Under the pieces are notes generated by a model that saw nothing but the letters and a program-made list of their open reading frames with translations, was not told where the DNA came from and did no database searches. This document shows positions 26,285 through 40,715 of a DNA stretch of 64,000 bases, piece after piece. The position numbers and the translations under genes were made by a program. The stretch comes from Octopus vulgaris (lineage: Eukaryota), in contig OX597831.1 of the NCBI GenBank assembly GCA_951406725.2, forward strand, positions 5,394,001 through 5,458,000. The letters run 5' to 3'. The number at the start of each line of letters is the position of its first letter. The stretch's first letter is position 1.

Positions 26285-27907
26285 GTATATGCATATATAT
26301 ATATACGCATATGCATATATATATATATACGTATATGCATATATATACACGTATATGCATATATATACACGTATATGTATATATGCATATATATATATAT
26401 ACACGTATATATATATATACACGTATATGTATATTTATATATGCATATATATATATATATATATATATATACACGTATATGTATATTTATATATGCATAT
26501 ATATATATATATATATACACGTATATGTGTATATATATATGTATATATTTATAAACACACACGTATATATATATATATAAGTTTCTGAATGTGTGTGTAT
26601 TTGTATTTAAGTATACGCTTGTGTGTGTGTGCATATTTGCATTTGTATGAGTGTGTGAATGTATGTGTGTGTGTGGCTATATGTGTTTTGTGTGTATGTG
26701 TGCCTCTGTGTGTGTGTGTAAAGGTGAGAGAAATCGGGCAAAATCTCGTTGCTAAGGAAGTGAACCGAAAACTAATAAAGACAAATAAATAAGCTGACCA
26801 CCCTTCCTTGTCCACCCTTCCTTACCCACCCGCTCTTCTTTGCTTCCCCACCCCCTGGCACTACCACCACTCTCCCCTCAGCCGCCCACACCGTCTCCCT
26901 CCTATCAAATGGTCAGATTTTGTCCACTTTGAAGATTGGCACAAAATCAAGCGATACCTACCTACCTACCCACCATCACCAACACCGCCACCACCACCAC
27001 CACCACCACCACCACCACCATTACCATCACCACATCCAACACCGCTACTAACACCACTGTCAACACTACTATCGCCAGCAACAACAAACCACCTCCACCA
27101 CCACCACTATCACTACCACTACTGCCATACACCACCACCATATCACCACCTCCAACATCACCACTACTACCTCCAAAACCACCACCCCTCCAACACCAAC
27201 ATTACTTCCATCTTCACCCCCACAAAGACTCTAACACCAACATCTATCCCATCATCAACATCATCACCACCACTATCGACAACACTGGCAGATGGAGTTC
27301 CTACGTGGTCGCTTGATGTACTAGAATTAGCAGCGAAATCTCCCTCAAATCACATTTTACAGTCTTAAGAATGTCAACTGAATGTATTCTTGGTTTCTGT
27401 ATTCATAGGGCAACGACGGGATGGTCACGGTTGTAATGCCTTTGATCATAGGTCAGTCCAATCAGTTGTCCCAGGGCTAAATAATAACAACAACAACAGA
27501 CACTATCACACGTTTGTTACATTATCATTCTCCTGGCTTGGTAACTCCCGCCACTGTTATCACCACCAGGTATCGCCATCATCGCAACCACCAGCACAGC
27601 CTCCGTCTTTTAACCATCATGGCCACTATCACGACATCACCGTGATCGTCACTGATGTCGCCACCACCACCATGATCGCCAACACTGCGACCATGATGCC
27701 TCTTGCTCTCGAAGCCCATTCACCACCACCACCACCACCACCACCACCCTAAAACTATCAATTAATCACCATCACCTTCATCACCATCATCATCATCATC
27801 GCTATCATCACATTTCTCCCAACCACCACCTTCACCTCCACCCCACTCACCACCACCACCAGTGCCATAACCATCAATTAGAAGAAAAAATGGACGACAA
27901 CGACGGC

Positions 27908-27940
<33 letters not shown>

Positions 27941-28016
27941 CGAAGAAGAAGAGGGGAAGGAAGGAAGATGAACTAAAACAAAAATAAACAACAGCGACGA
28001 CAGACGACGACGACGA

Positions 28017-28051
<35 letters not shown>

Positions 28052-29797
28052 GCAACAGCAACATCAAGTCATTTATTTAATAAAGTGCAAACGACAAGTC
28101 CATCAGTCCATAAATATGTCGACATTCATCCATTTTGTCTGCTACTGCCGACAGCCACCGCCATCTGCCGGTAAAAAAAAAAAAGACGTTCAGATGATAA
28201 AGCGGAAGTGTAAAAAGAGAAGAAGAAAAAAAAATGGCGGCTTGTGGGTTTGGGTTGGGACGCTCGCGATTGCTTTCACTTGTGTTGTTTTAACTGCAGG
28301 AACAATACAAACAATCAAATCTACACAGATTGGCCATCTTGCTAACTTTTCTATCAATCTTCTATTTATTTCAATCTTTTTTCTTTCTTCCTCGTTCACT
28401 TATTTATCTCGTTACTTATTTACACTTATTTCATTCAGACATTTTTCTCTTTCAGTCATTGTTGGTTTTTCACGCTTATTCGGTTTTCATTCTTTTCTTC
28501 TTTCTTTTTTTTTTTTTTTGTTGTTTTCAATCTTTCGTTCGCTGCTTGTGTTTCTTCTGGGGGCCTTTTTCTTTTCTGTTTGTTTGTTTTGCTTCTTTTT
28601 TTTTTATTCTTTCTAATTTTTCATCTCATCTTTGCTTTTCTATCTTTTCTTTTTTGTTACAGATTCTTTTGTTTTCGTCATTTACATCTTTCTTTTTTGT
28701 CGAGGTTGTGAAGGTGTCGAGATAATCTCCGACTAAATAAGTCCGTCAAACACAGTTTCGAGTTCCTGTTAGACAGATCTCATTCTCGTAACATTAATAT
28801 TCTTTGGGAAAAGCATGGGCAACACAGCACTCCTTTAAATTTCAAGAGCATTTTCTTATCCTAAATAATCAAATGACGCATGTTCCAAAACCTCTCTTCT
28901 CCACAAACCTCAACAATCTACAAAACCATAAATAAAATATAAATCTAGAAATTTTATTGAATTTGACATTATAGATTGAGATTAATTATTGTGACATCAT
29001 TATCCGAGTATTGTGATTCTCATTCAAGGTTAGACTTCAAACTGCATCCAGTTGTAAAGTCCTGTTCTGGAGTTCCATGGTCCTGAGTTGTGAGGAACCA
29101 TCTCTTAGCTGGTGTTGCTTGCATGTCTACTCAGACCCAGAATAGTAGTAGCCGTCAGGGTCCTAGTTTGGGGTTAATTAGCACATTAGGGCTTGCGTGT
29201 CTATGCATGTGAAGACTGGATTCGGCGGATTCTGAGGAAGAAACTTTCGTGATTCAGCTGAGGGAAAGATGGCAGCAGCAATGCATTATGGGATGCAGAG
29301 AGCAAGATGAGGCAAGTAAGATATCTTGGTCGTCCACTACATCTGTCTCTTTCCCCAATCGTCTTGACTTCGTCTTTCCACCGGAGATGGTCAAAGACGA
29401 GAGAGTGGAGTTGACGGTACGCAAATTTTCTTCCCTTTAGATTAAGTCACAGCGCAAGCTGTCAGTCATCTTTAAAGATGACTGAACGGTCCTCGTCACT
29501 CCGACGGACGAACAAGATGGTGATTCAAATGACTTTGGTGACACAGCTGTTCTGGCACCAAACTTATGTGACTCCATTAACTATTGGGTTGTCCGGAAAG
29601 TCTGTGCCGATTTTTAAAGGCGTGGCTGAGTGGTGAGAAGCTTTCTTCCCAACCACATAGTTCTGGGTCCCGTCCCACTGCGTAGTACCGTCAGCAAATG
29701 TCTTCTAATATAGCCTCGGTCCGATGAAAGCTCTGTGAGTGGATTTGATAGAAGGAAACTGAAAGAAGCCCATCGCATATGAATATATGTATATGTA

Positions 29798-30343
29798 TTG
29801 GGTTGTCCGGAAAGTTCGTGCCGATTTTTAAAGGAAAGAAAAAGGTCGATAAATACTTGCCATTACATTTTTAATCAACCAAGTATGAACCATTTTGTTG
29901 CACAATGCGTCTCCATCTTTCCTTTAACTTGAAAATACCCTCTTCCCAGAATTGAGGTGGTTTCTTGGCAAAGAATTCGTCAATGTATCTTTTCACGTCA
30001 TCTAAGGAATTGAAATTTTTACAATTAAGACTATTCTGCAGAGACCTGAATAAGTGGAAATCCTAAGGAGCAATATCTGGTGAATATTGAGGGTGGGGTA
30101 ACACATCCCAACCGAGCTGCAGCAATTTTTGTCTGGTTCCCAAAGCATCAAGTGCCACAAATGAACTTTCTTATCTTCCATTTTAAAGGGTTACAGAATT
30201 AACACAGGTTATAGGAAGATAAACCTTCTTCCACGAAAAGATAGCTTAAACTGTGCTCTAAATGGAGGTGTAGTCAAATCCTATTTTATGGACTCAGCCA
30301 TGTTCTAAAATAAGTCGAAAGGTAAACTTTCTGGACAACCCAA
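29798..30343 (-). mobile_element. internally deleted mariner transposon
   Basis: TIRs TTGGGTTGTCC(G/A)GAAAG flanked by TA. Minus-strand translation HPQYSPDIAP*DFHLFRSLQNSL...FWEEGIFKLKERWRRIVQQNGSY matches the mariner YSPDLAPSD C-terminal motif. Confidence 0.9.
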
Positions 30344-30769
30344 TATTATTGAGTAACTGGTTAGTCTCCAGAGCCGTTGTAACGTTGATAACTATTGTGA
30401 CACTAATAATTGTTGTAAGAAGACTAACTGTTACATTAACAATATTGCTGTAACATCTAAACTTGTGACATGACGAGTTTTGTATATAGTAAGGGGTAAA
30501 ATGTTAGAATCTGTAGAGGCACAGATGTTCTGAGGTCAAACCTTGCTCTTGTTAATTTTGTTTTATCATCAATATATTATTGTGGTGTATATCTAATCAA
30601 CTGTGCCCCGAATTTAGAACCAGAAAATTTTCAATTCTTTATAGCCATATTTTACAAACTAAGACCTAGAATGGAATGTTGCTCTCACAAACAAGATGGT
30701 ATGACTTCCACCCATGGCCATCACATCAAAAACAGTTTACTTTCTTGACTGTTACGAAGTTGCACACAA

Positions 30770-31300
30770 AAACATTCCTATCCCTGATTAACATACTACC
30801 ACCTCTTTCTACGTTTTCTACCTCAACTACAACGGCGATTGCTCTTCAGAACAGCCTCTTCTCATGATGATACTCTCCACATATTCGTTTCTTCTTCTCT
30901 TCTCAGCCATATACTGCGAATCCCACCCACTCTAGTTCCACATTAACCATCACACCGAACCCTTCGTCCACATAATGTTGCCTCTCTGAACATTCCCCCT
31001 GCAGCCGTCATCCCACAGTTGCTTAAGAACAGTCAACGCCATTAATACTAATGTGAGGGCTACGGGCACGGCCCTTCCACCAGAGCAAACCTTTAAAGAG
31101 GATGCATTGAAGTATTTATCAACAGCATTGATAAGACAATGGTTGAATGCCGGACTAATGGCAATGGATTGTAAAACCAGAAGTGTACTGGACTCATTGC
31201 AAGGAATAGATTGATATACCTACACGACTTATTATCACTTGAATCAAAGATAAATTTCAAGGAGAAATTTGTCAGAATGTCCACAAGAAACGGCACTAGA
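30770..31300 (+). mobile_element. degraded CR1/Jockey-group LINE ORF2 3' fragments
   Basis: Translations FYVFYLNYNGDCSSE and RGCIEVF-INSIDK..RTNGNGL resemble conserved C-terminal CR1-group motifs; stop codons present. Confidence 0.35.
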
Positions 31301-31644
31301 AAAGTATTGCCAGAGTCATTGGAAAAGTTCCGTTCAAACGGATTAACGATTAAGGAAGTTAACTTTTCGATTAACGGTACCCACCTCTGCTTATATATAT
31401 ATATATATATATTCATGGTTCCGAGTTCAGTCCCACCTTGGGCAAGTGTCTTCTTCTATAGCCTCGGGCTGACCAAAGTTTTTGTAGACGGAAACTGAAA
31501 GAAGCCCGTCTTATATATATATGTCATTATTCATTGTATTTCAACATTTCTTGCCAATAGATAAAGAACCGGTTTCTAACCTAGATCCAAGGTTCCCTCA
31601 TTGGAATTTCAGCATCAACAACAGGGTGTTTTTGTATGTATGTA

Positions 31645-31707
<63 letters not shown>

Positions 31708-31901
31708 CCCCTTGCCATCACTTGATAACTGATGTTGCTGTGTTTATCTTCCTCGTAACCTAACGGTTTAACTGAAGAGATCGATAAAATAAATACTAGG
31801 CTTACAAAGAATAAGATGCTGGAGTCAATTTCTTCGACTAACCCTTTAAGGTGGTGCTGCAGCATGGCCACAGTCAAATAACTGAAGCAAGTAAAAGAAA
31901 G

Positions 31902-31932
<31 letters not shown>

Positions 31933-32081
31933 GTTAATGTATTCCCTTTGCAAATGAAAATGGAAAGGAACTTTTGAAGGTGGGGTTGGGTAGGGATGTA
32001 AGGATTCCGCTGATTGAGGATAGATATATGAGAGGGAGAGGGCGTGAAAGAGCAGAAGATGAGGGTGGCACGTGTGTGTGT

Positions 32082-32120
<39 letters not shown>

Positions 32121-32594
32121 TGTGTGTGTGCGTGCGTGCGTTTGCTGTGTACGTGAAGCGTGAAACGCTTTGTTGATTGTCACGTACGAATGATAAAGCT
32201 CGGGATGGGGAGATTGAATGTAATATGGAAATGAATGGGCGTGGGAGGGGTAGAAGGAAAAAAGACAGGAAGAAAGAGAGAGAAGAAAGAAAGAACGAAC
32301 CAGTGATTGGAATGGAGAAATACGAATTTTTTTTTTAAATGATGAAAGAGGGAAACGAACAAACGAAAGAACGAAGATTAGAATATTTAAATGCCGTGAC
32401 AGGTCGAGAAATACATACATACATATGCATGTATGTATATGTGTGTATGTACACACACATGCATATATACCTATATACGTATGTACATGAATAAATGAAT
32501 ATATATTTGTGGATACGTGCGTATATATACATTCATATAAGAAATTTAGTCTACCTTCGTCTTGTAATCCGAAATTGTTTTGCGTCAGGACAGA

Positions 32595-32653
<59 letters not shown>

Positions 32654-32692
32654 CATACACATACATACATATATATATAAAGAGAGAGAGGT

Positions 32693-33028
32693 GAAGGCGC
32701 ATGGCTCAATGGTAATAGCGTCGATATTACGACCGTGAGGTTGTGAGTTCGAATCCCGAACCGGTTTGCGTTTGGTGTTCTTGGGCAAGACACTTTATTT
32801 CACGTTGCTCCAGTTCACTCAGCTGTAGAAATGAGTTGCTATATCACAGTTGCCAAGCTGTATCGGCCCATTTGCCTTTCCCTTGGATAATATCAGTGGT
32901 GTGCAGAAGGGAGGCCGGTATGCATGGGTGACTGCTGGTCTTTCATAAACAACCTTGCCCGGACTTGCGCTTTGGAGGGGAACTTTCTAGGTGCAATCCC
33001 ACGGTCATTCGTCACCGAAGGGGGACTC
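32693..33028 (+). mobile_element. tRNA-derived SINE family C, full length
   Basis: A box TGGCTCAATGG, B box GAGTTCGAATCC, CTTGGGCAAGACACTT box and 3' tail shared with minus-strand copies at about 38570-38895 and 44375-44510. Confidence 0.8.
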
Positions 33029-33319
33029 CGCAATATATACAGACAGAGAGAGAGAGAGAGAGAGACTGACAGACAGACAGAGAGTTAGTGCTTTTTGTCG
33101 CTTTTTGAGTTGTTTTTGAGTCTTGCTTCTAGCAATGCTGGTACTATTTTATACCCTTGGTTATAAATTTGCCTTTAAGGTTCGAATTGCTAGCGCACCA
33201 CCTATATTATTTATACTATACACTTCTGCCGTTTTAAATTAGCGCACGCTTTCAACAGTTTTTTTTTTCTTTTTCATGAGTTGACGAGGCGAGTTATGCT
33301 TAACCCTAGGCGCAGTAAA

Positions 33320-33377
33320 ATCCACTGACGAGAACTGAGACGAAATGATTCAGTGTTCGAAATCACGTGAGATGGAT
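33320..33377 (+). ncRNA. degenerate type I hammerhead motif
   Basis: atcca-CTGACGA-gaac...gttc-GAAA-tcacgtga-GA-tggat. Stems I and II and palindromic stem III present, but U16.1 is replaced by G. Confidence 0.55.
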
Positions 33378-33980
33378 ATATCTGCTAGTTCTTTTATGAG
33401 TTTGTCTCACTACTGTAAGGAGCTTTCTCGCTTCCTCTCTTTCGTCAACTTATTCAGTTGGTGCTTTTTGTGGGGTTTTGTAATTTTACTTACAGAAGAA
33501 TATCCCAAGAATACAGCAGGGACGTTGGAATATTCTTCCCTCTGTAAAATTACGCTGCATCTGATGATTAAGGTTTTTTGTAATGGAATAATGTTCTCAT
33601 TCTTGTATTAGAAAATGTGTAAGAAACAGCTGTAATGAGCTGACAATCATCCATCTTCTGTTGTTGTTCATATAATTATGTATGTATGTATGTAAGTATG
33701 TTTGTTTGTTTGTTTGTATTGTGTGTGCAATGAAGAGGTGAACAGGCAAAGAAAGCCACTGTATAGCGTGGTGAAGAGAATATAGACGTTTCATCCAACT
33801 GTCTTTTGTCAAAATAAATGCCATTTACTCACCACGCGTATTTATTATATCTTAATCACTTCAATTGCTTTTGGTTTCTGCTTGTTACATCTACATCCTG
33901 TTATAACAATTCAACTAATATTTTATATCATTACTGGAACAATTCAATACCATACACTAAATAAGCTAAATATCGCATTG

Positions 33981-34026
<46 letters not shown>

Positions 34027-34172
34027 GCAATTTCATAAACAACCTTTCTCACTAATTAACGTCACTTACTGTCACCTCCCCCCTCTCTCTCTGATGCGTA
34101 CGCAAACACTCACTCAGAGACCCACCCATACGTATGTGCGAGTTTACTTCAACATTTTGCACGTTTAATACC

Positions 34173-34360
34173 TATTTCCTTATTACCCACAAGAGGCTAA
34201 ACACAGAGGGGACAAACAAGGACAGACGTAGGTATTAAATCGATTACATCGACCCCAGTGCGTAACTGGTACTTAATTTATCGACCCCGAAAGGATGAAA
34301 GGCAAAGTCGAGCTCGGCGGAATTTGAACTCACAACGTAACGGCAGACGAAATACCGCTG
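34173..34360 (-). mobile_element. SINE family A, 5'-truncated, with about 15-bp TSD
   Basis: Family A body; GCACGTTTAATACCT on both sides. Confidence 0.85.
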
Positions 34361-34661
34361 AGCACGTTTAATACCTTCATGGCATTTTTCACATAGCGCT
34401 TCGCCTGGCTTGCTCTTCTTGGCTGGAAACCACTAACACTTGCTTACTTGCATCTACCTCGATAACTGCTCATACTTTACTTTTCGATCGTATTCATTTT
34501 TTTCTACTTTCCTTTCTCCTATCTATTTTGACAAAGTAGAATTGACTGAAACGTCAAAATGACTTCCTTCTTTACACAACATAATACATTGACTTCGTAC
34601 TCTCGTTTATCATTGTTCTGCTGTCTTTGCATTTACGTGAATTTTCACCCGAAATACCTGG

Positions 34662-34699
<38 letters not shown>

Positions 34700-35494
34700 A
34701 CATCCTCCCGACAGTGTCAGACATTGAGAAAAATGATGACGAATACTGCCCCCCTCCTCCGCATCTGAACCAGAGAGAACACAAGAGACAGACATGCTGG
34801 CAGACAGGCAAGCAGACGGACAGACGCAGAGTGAATGTAAGAGTGAGAGCGGAAGTGGGAGGTTGACATCGTGTTTTGTGAAAAGATTAATGTGAATTTA
34901 ATATGTGAAAAGGAAGTCGTTGTTTAACCCCAGGTCATGTTGATCGAGTTGACTTAAGATGAAGGCATTCCAGCCATGAACATCCCGACTTTTTCCTAAT
35001 GTAATATAACCCTAGTCTTTATTATCTACTGTAACCTTTTCCAAGACGTTAGATTATAATTTGAGCGAAATTTGGCGGTTATTTCTTAGAAGGTGAATGA
35101 CCATGTAGCGTCTTCCTTGTTGGGTCATGGAGAGGAGGAGGAAAGAGTAGAATGATGGAGAAAGAGAGGGAGAGAAGAGAGAGAGAGAGAGAGAGAGACA
35201 AAGACAGACAGAGAAAGGGAGGGAAATAGACAGAAACAGACAAACAGGCAGGCAGAGATAGACAGGGAGACAGACGGACAGAGACAGAGAGACAGATAGA
35301 CAGACAGATGTGAGTAAATAGTCTAGAAGAGTGAGGGAGAGAGTCAGTGTCCATAAGAAAGGAGGGAGTAGGAAGGAGAGAAGAGGGCGTAGGAAGAAGA
35401 GAGGAGGGAGTATGAAGGAGAGAGATGGTAAGAGGGAAAGGGAAAAGGTTGGAGTTACAGGGAGGAAGCGAAAGAGGGAAGACAGTTTATATTT

Positions 35495-35720
35495 TATTCT
35501 TTCGTTTACTTGTTTCAGTCATTGGACTGCGGCCATGCTGGGGCAACATCTTAAAGGGTTTCAACAGAACGAATCGTCGCCATTACTTACTTTCATTTTT
35601 TAAAGTCAGGTATTTTTCTTCCATTGATCATTTCGCAGAGCCGGTAATTCACGAAAATTTAAACAAACCAATACCGGCTGTGAATCGGTGGTGCAAACAA
35701 ACACAAACACAGATATGTAC

Positions 35721-35762
<42 letters not shown>

Positions 35763-35945
35763 ACATACACACACATATGATGGGCTTCTTGCAGTTTCCA
35801 TCTGCGAAATCTACTCACAAAAGTCTTTGGTCGGCTGGAAGGCTTTATTAAAAAATACTTGCCTAAAGCACTTTGCAGAAGGACCGAACCCGGAACCATG
35901 TGGTTGAGAAGCAAACATCTTACCACAGAGCCACACCTGCGCCTA
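35495..35945 (-). mobile_element. SINE family B, old full-length copy
   Basis: Diverged reverse complement of the family B head, microsatellite and tail. Confidence 0.75.
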
Positions 35946-36062
35946 TAAATAATAAGCTTTATTTTTAATATGGCGGTAAATTTAAGTGAAAGAGATCAGT
36001 TTTAATTGCGTATTTGACTATGTATGTGTGTATGTATATGTCATTAATTTTATCTGTGTGTG

Positions 36063-36108
<46 letters not shown>

Positions 36109-36109
<1 letters not shown>

Positions 36110-36522
36110 CTCTTCTCTCTATATATAAACGGCAGTTTGTCTGTCTGTGTGTCTGTGTGTCTGTTTTCTTGTACCCTCACCCTGACCACGGCTTTCAACC
36201 GATTCTGATGAAACTTGACACACACATAGCCCAATGTCATAATTCAAAACTAACGCAGCGAAAATTTTCAAAAGTTCCCCCAAGTTCTGAAAAAAATCGA
36301 TAAATTCGACATGGGGTCGAGAATCTAAGCTTTTTATATGCAACACATTTTCTGTCGGGAGACAGCTAGGAACATCGTATACATAGAAGTATTCGAGTGA
36401 AGAGAAGACATTGCAACCTACACATGCGCCTTCGTTCCCTAGAAGGAAAGAACTAGATTGGGATTAGTCGTTGCCTACTAGGGGCTCTTACATACTCGGG
36501 CAACGCCGGGCTATGCTGCTAG
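36109..36522 (+). mobile_element. non-autonomous Helitron (second family)
   Basis: Starts TC...TATATATAAA with a (TGTC)n tract; ends CTCGGGCAACGCCGGG hairpin plus CTAG|T. Confidence 0.8.
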
Positions 36523-36782
36523 TCTATTATATATTTGTGAAAAGAGCGGACGTTGTCTCACAAGCAGTTGTGCAGGCAAAAGTGTTAGTAAGTGTGGTCG
36601 GATTTACCTGGAAATTTGCACACCTATGTTAAAAGTGCTGGGGTGTTTGCATGGCAACTTTGACTTTGCTCAATTGAAAGGTGTGACCTCTAGGACAAAA
36701 TTCCTCACCTTTAAGATGTGGCCGGAGTAGACCCGAATGAAATCGGGTTATAATACTTGTATATATATATAAATAGGCCCAG

Positions 36783-37085
36783 ACATGGCACCTTGAGCAA
36801 GTGTCTCTACTATAGCCTCGGGCCGACCAAAGCCTTGAGGATGGATTTGGTAGATGGGAACTGAAAGAAGCCCGTGGTATATATATATGCGTGTGTGTGT
36901 TTGTCTCCCACCTCCACCACCGCTTGACAACCGGTGCTGGTGTGTCTACGTCCCCGTAACTTAGCGCTTCGGCATAAGAGACCAATAGAATAAGTACTAC
37001 GTTTACAAAGAATAAGTCCCGGGGTCGATTTGTTCGACTAAAGGCGGTGCTCCAGCATGGCCGCAGTCAAATGAAAGAAACATGT
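36783..37085 (+). mobile_element. SINE family B, 5'-truncated
   Basis: From GGCACCTTGAGCAAGTGTC to CAGCATGGCCGCAGTCAAATGA. Confidence 0.85.
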
Positions 37086-37103
37086 AATACAAAAAAAAGA
37101 ACA

Positions 37104-37185
<82 letters not shown>

Positions 37186-37423
37186 ATGTGTATGATTATG
37201 TGATGGGGGTCATGGATGTATATGTTGATGTTTGTGAATGTTATATGTGTGTCTCTGTGTGTGTGTGTGTGTGTCTGCCCGTATGTGCGTATGTATGCAT
37301 GTGTTTCTACGTTTGTGTGAGTGTGCATGTGTTTGTGTGCGTATATGTATGTATTTATGTGCGTTTCTGTGTGTTTCTGTTTGTATTTGTTTGTGAGAGT
37401 GTGTGTGTGAGAGTTTGTTTCTG

Positions 37424-37455
<32 letters not shown>

Positions 37456-37606
37456 CTGCTGTGTGTACTTGTGTGAGAGTGTGTGTGTGAGAGTTTGTTT
37501 CTGTTGTGTGTATGTGTGTGTGTGTGTGTGTTTCTGCTGTGTGTACTTGTGTGAGAGTGTATGTGTGAGAGTTTGTTTCTGTTGTGTGTATGTGTGTGTG
37601 TTTCTG

Positions 37607-37650
<44 letters not shown>

Positions 37651-37920
37651 TTCAGTTGTGTGTATGTGTGTGTGTGTGGTGTGTGTGTGTGTATTTGTGT
37701 GTGTGTGTGTGTGTGTGTTCTGAAATAAAGATTCATCTAAAAGACTCATAAGATATATATATACATACACACACTACAATATATATACACCCGCCGAATG
37801 AGATAAACAGTTTTGTTGTTCTGTGAACAGGTGTGGAAAGTAAACAGCGCTGTATTATCTCCCCACCCCCACCCACTCTGATCCACCCCCTTTACCCCCA
37901 ATTCCTACCCAACCCCATCC

Positions 37921-37956
<36 letters not shown>

Positions 37957-38782
37957 ATACTTATACTTCTACTGCTACTACTACTACTGCTGATAAACTG
38001 ATTTATCACCTCTAACACTCCTCAGTTGTCAACAGCTTCTCCGCTTTTTGTCCCTTTTCTTTTTCTGTTTCTCCTTTTTTTTGTGTGTTTGTCCCAGTCA
38101 AACGCTGTTGACAGATGATCCCCCCGCAAAAAAAGACAAGTGGGAGGATATCCCGCCGGTGGGGGGACACCCCTCTATAGCTTATCCCTCTCTCTCACAA
38201 ACCCCTTCACTCCTTTTATCTCATTATGTCTTACTTTCTTTGTGTTTGTGCTACCTTTAGTTTTTTTTTGTTTTTTTTTTAGTTTAATGATACCAATTAA
38301 CAGCGGATCGTTTTTTTTTTAACCCCTATCTTCTCCCCTTTTTTCTTTTTTCTTTTCTTTGAATAAATGATAGCTGTTTTGAGTCTTTTTTATTTTCTCT
38401 TTGTAAGAGAAGCTAAAGGTGTGTTTGAATGGAACCCGTTTGGTGGAAAAGTGAGCTTTTCTTTTTATTGTTTTGTAAAGCGGTGAAGGGGGGCTTTCAA
38501 TAGAAGCTGCGAAAAGTTAAATATGTGCACACACAGACTCACACACACACACATACTTATAAAGATAAAAAGGGCTTCCACCTAGAAAGTTCCCTTCCGA
38601 GGCGCAAGTCCGAGCAACGTTGTTTTGTGAAAGACCAATAGTCGCCCATGTCGACCAGCCTGCCCCCCCCACCTCTACACGCCACTCCACTGATGTTATC
38701 CAAAGAAAAGATAAAGGCCGATACAGAGCTTGGCTGCCAGTAATGTTGCAGCTTCTTTCTAGAGTTGAATGAACTGGAGTAA

Positions 38783-39356
38783 CGTGAAATAAAGTGTCCT
38801 GCTCAAGAACACAACATGCAGCCCGAGCCGGGAATGGAACTCACTACCTCATGATTATCAACCCGACGCTCTATCTACTGAGCTATGCACCTTCATATAC
38901 ATACATATATACGTACAGATGCAGGATGAACGTAAAGATTGGATACTTAAGCGGTTTTTGGAGGAGTAGCTAGCAAACACCTTAACTGTGGCCGCTGCTT
39001 TCGTATCATAGATTGCATCCGGTCATCCGAAACGGGATTTGTCCAAGGCCTGCCTGTTTCTTTGAACCTGCTTTCTATTGATATGGCTATCCTATGTGTC
39101 CCCTCTAAAGTGAAATAAAGTGTGTTGCTCAAGAGCACAGCATACAGCCCGATCCGGGAATCGAACTCATTACCTCATGATTGTCAACCCGACGCTCCAA
39201 CCACTGAGCTATGCGCCTTCACATACACACATATATACGTACAGACACAGGGTGAACGTAAAGATTGGATACTTAAGCGGTTTTTGGCGGGGGGGGGGGG
39301 CTAGCAAATACCTTAGCTATGGCCGCTGCTTTCATATCATGGATTACACCCGGTCT
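38783..39356. repeat. diverged local duplication of about 240 bp (SINE C head plus flank)
   Basis: 38783-39025 and 39110-39356 share GTGAAATAAAGTGT...TGAACGTAAAGATTGGATACTTAAGCGGTTTTTGG...GGCCGCTGCTTTC. Confidence 0.8.
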
Positions 39357-39746
39357 TGAATTCCTCCTTCTTTAGAAAAAAACTTCAATTCAATCTGCAG
39401 TAGGGAACACAAGAATATTTAAGATATTTTCCCATCATTCCAGACTTGAAGCGAAAAATCGAAGACGGTGTAAAAGAATAACAGAATGTCTGGAAGAATG
39501 TCTTTAACGTTTCGAGCCCCTGCCCTTCTACGGAGACGATACATGAGATGTGTGTGTGTGTGTGCGCGCGCGTACTTATGAGAATTACATACGCACACAC
39601 ACACATACAAGACAGGTTTCTTTCAGACTCCGTCTAGCAAATCCACTTACAAAACTTCGGTCGGCCCGAGGCTATTAGTAGAATGCACTTGTCCGAGGTG
39701 CCACGCAGTGAGACTGAACCCGGAACCTTGTGGTTGGGAAGCAAGC

Positions 39747-39779
<33 letters not shown>

Positions 39780-40449
39780 ATACACACACACACACAGTAT
39801 ATATATTATATATATACATATATACAGAGTTTATGTGCCTACGGCCATCGAGTCTGACGGGTTACCTATACAGCTTAGAACCTTATAGGTGCGAAACTAA
39901 TGAACAATCTCTCACCGGCCATAACCAACAACGTTTAAGTGTGAGGAGTAGATAGACAACCGACAACTGATGAAGGGTCGTTCTTTATGTTACTTGTCCT
40001 GTTTTCCATCTGATTCTCTCCTTTGCTTATTGAACTCATTTGTTTTCGTATTTCATGTTGTTTACAGTTGGTGACGTCCTATACCCATATGTGCATGTGT
40101 GTGTGTGTGCTTGTATATATGCCTTCGAAACGTGGAGTAGTTGAAACAGGGACAACTGGAGAAGGGGAATATTCTTTATGTTGTATGTCTCGTTTCTCTG
40201 TTTGTTTGTTTTTTTCGTTGTTCGAAAAGTTCATTTCTATGTTTTTTGTTTTCGTTTCTCATTGTGTTCAACGTTTTTTTTATGTCCTGTACCCATATAT
40301 GCATGTATATATACATATATATGTAGGTATGTACATACATGTATGTATATATATATATGTATGTATGTATGTTTGTATGTATGTATGTATGTATGTATGT
40401 AGGTATGTAGGTATGTATGTATGTATGTATGTAGGTATGTATGTATGTA

Positions 40450-40482
<33 letters not shown>

Positions 40483-40485
40483 GTA

Positions 40486-40715
40486 AAGGCGTCGAGCTGG
40501 CAGAAACGTTAGCACGCCGGGTTAAATACTTAGCGGTATTTCGTCTGCTGTTACGTTCTGAGTTCAAATTCCGCCGAGGTCGACTTTGCCTTTCATCCTT
40601 TCGGGGTCGATAAATTAAGTACCAGTTACGCACTGGGGTCGATATAAGCGACTTAATCCATCTGTCTGTCCTTGTTTGTCTCCTCTGTGTTTAGCCCCTT
40701 GTGGGTAGTAAAGAA

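Noticed and set aside
26808-27870. Pro/His/Thr-rich ORFs
   Set aside because: Derived from degenerate (CAC/CAT)n repeats.
34523-34560. Hammerhead-like TTGACAA-agt..act-GAAACGTC
   Set aside because: Two core substitutions and a weak stem I; could be chance.
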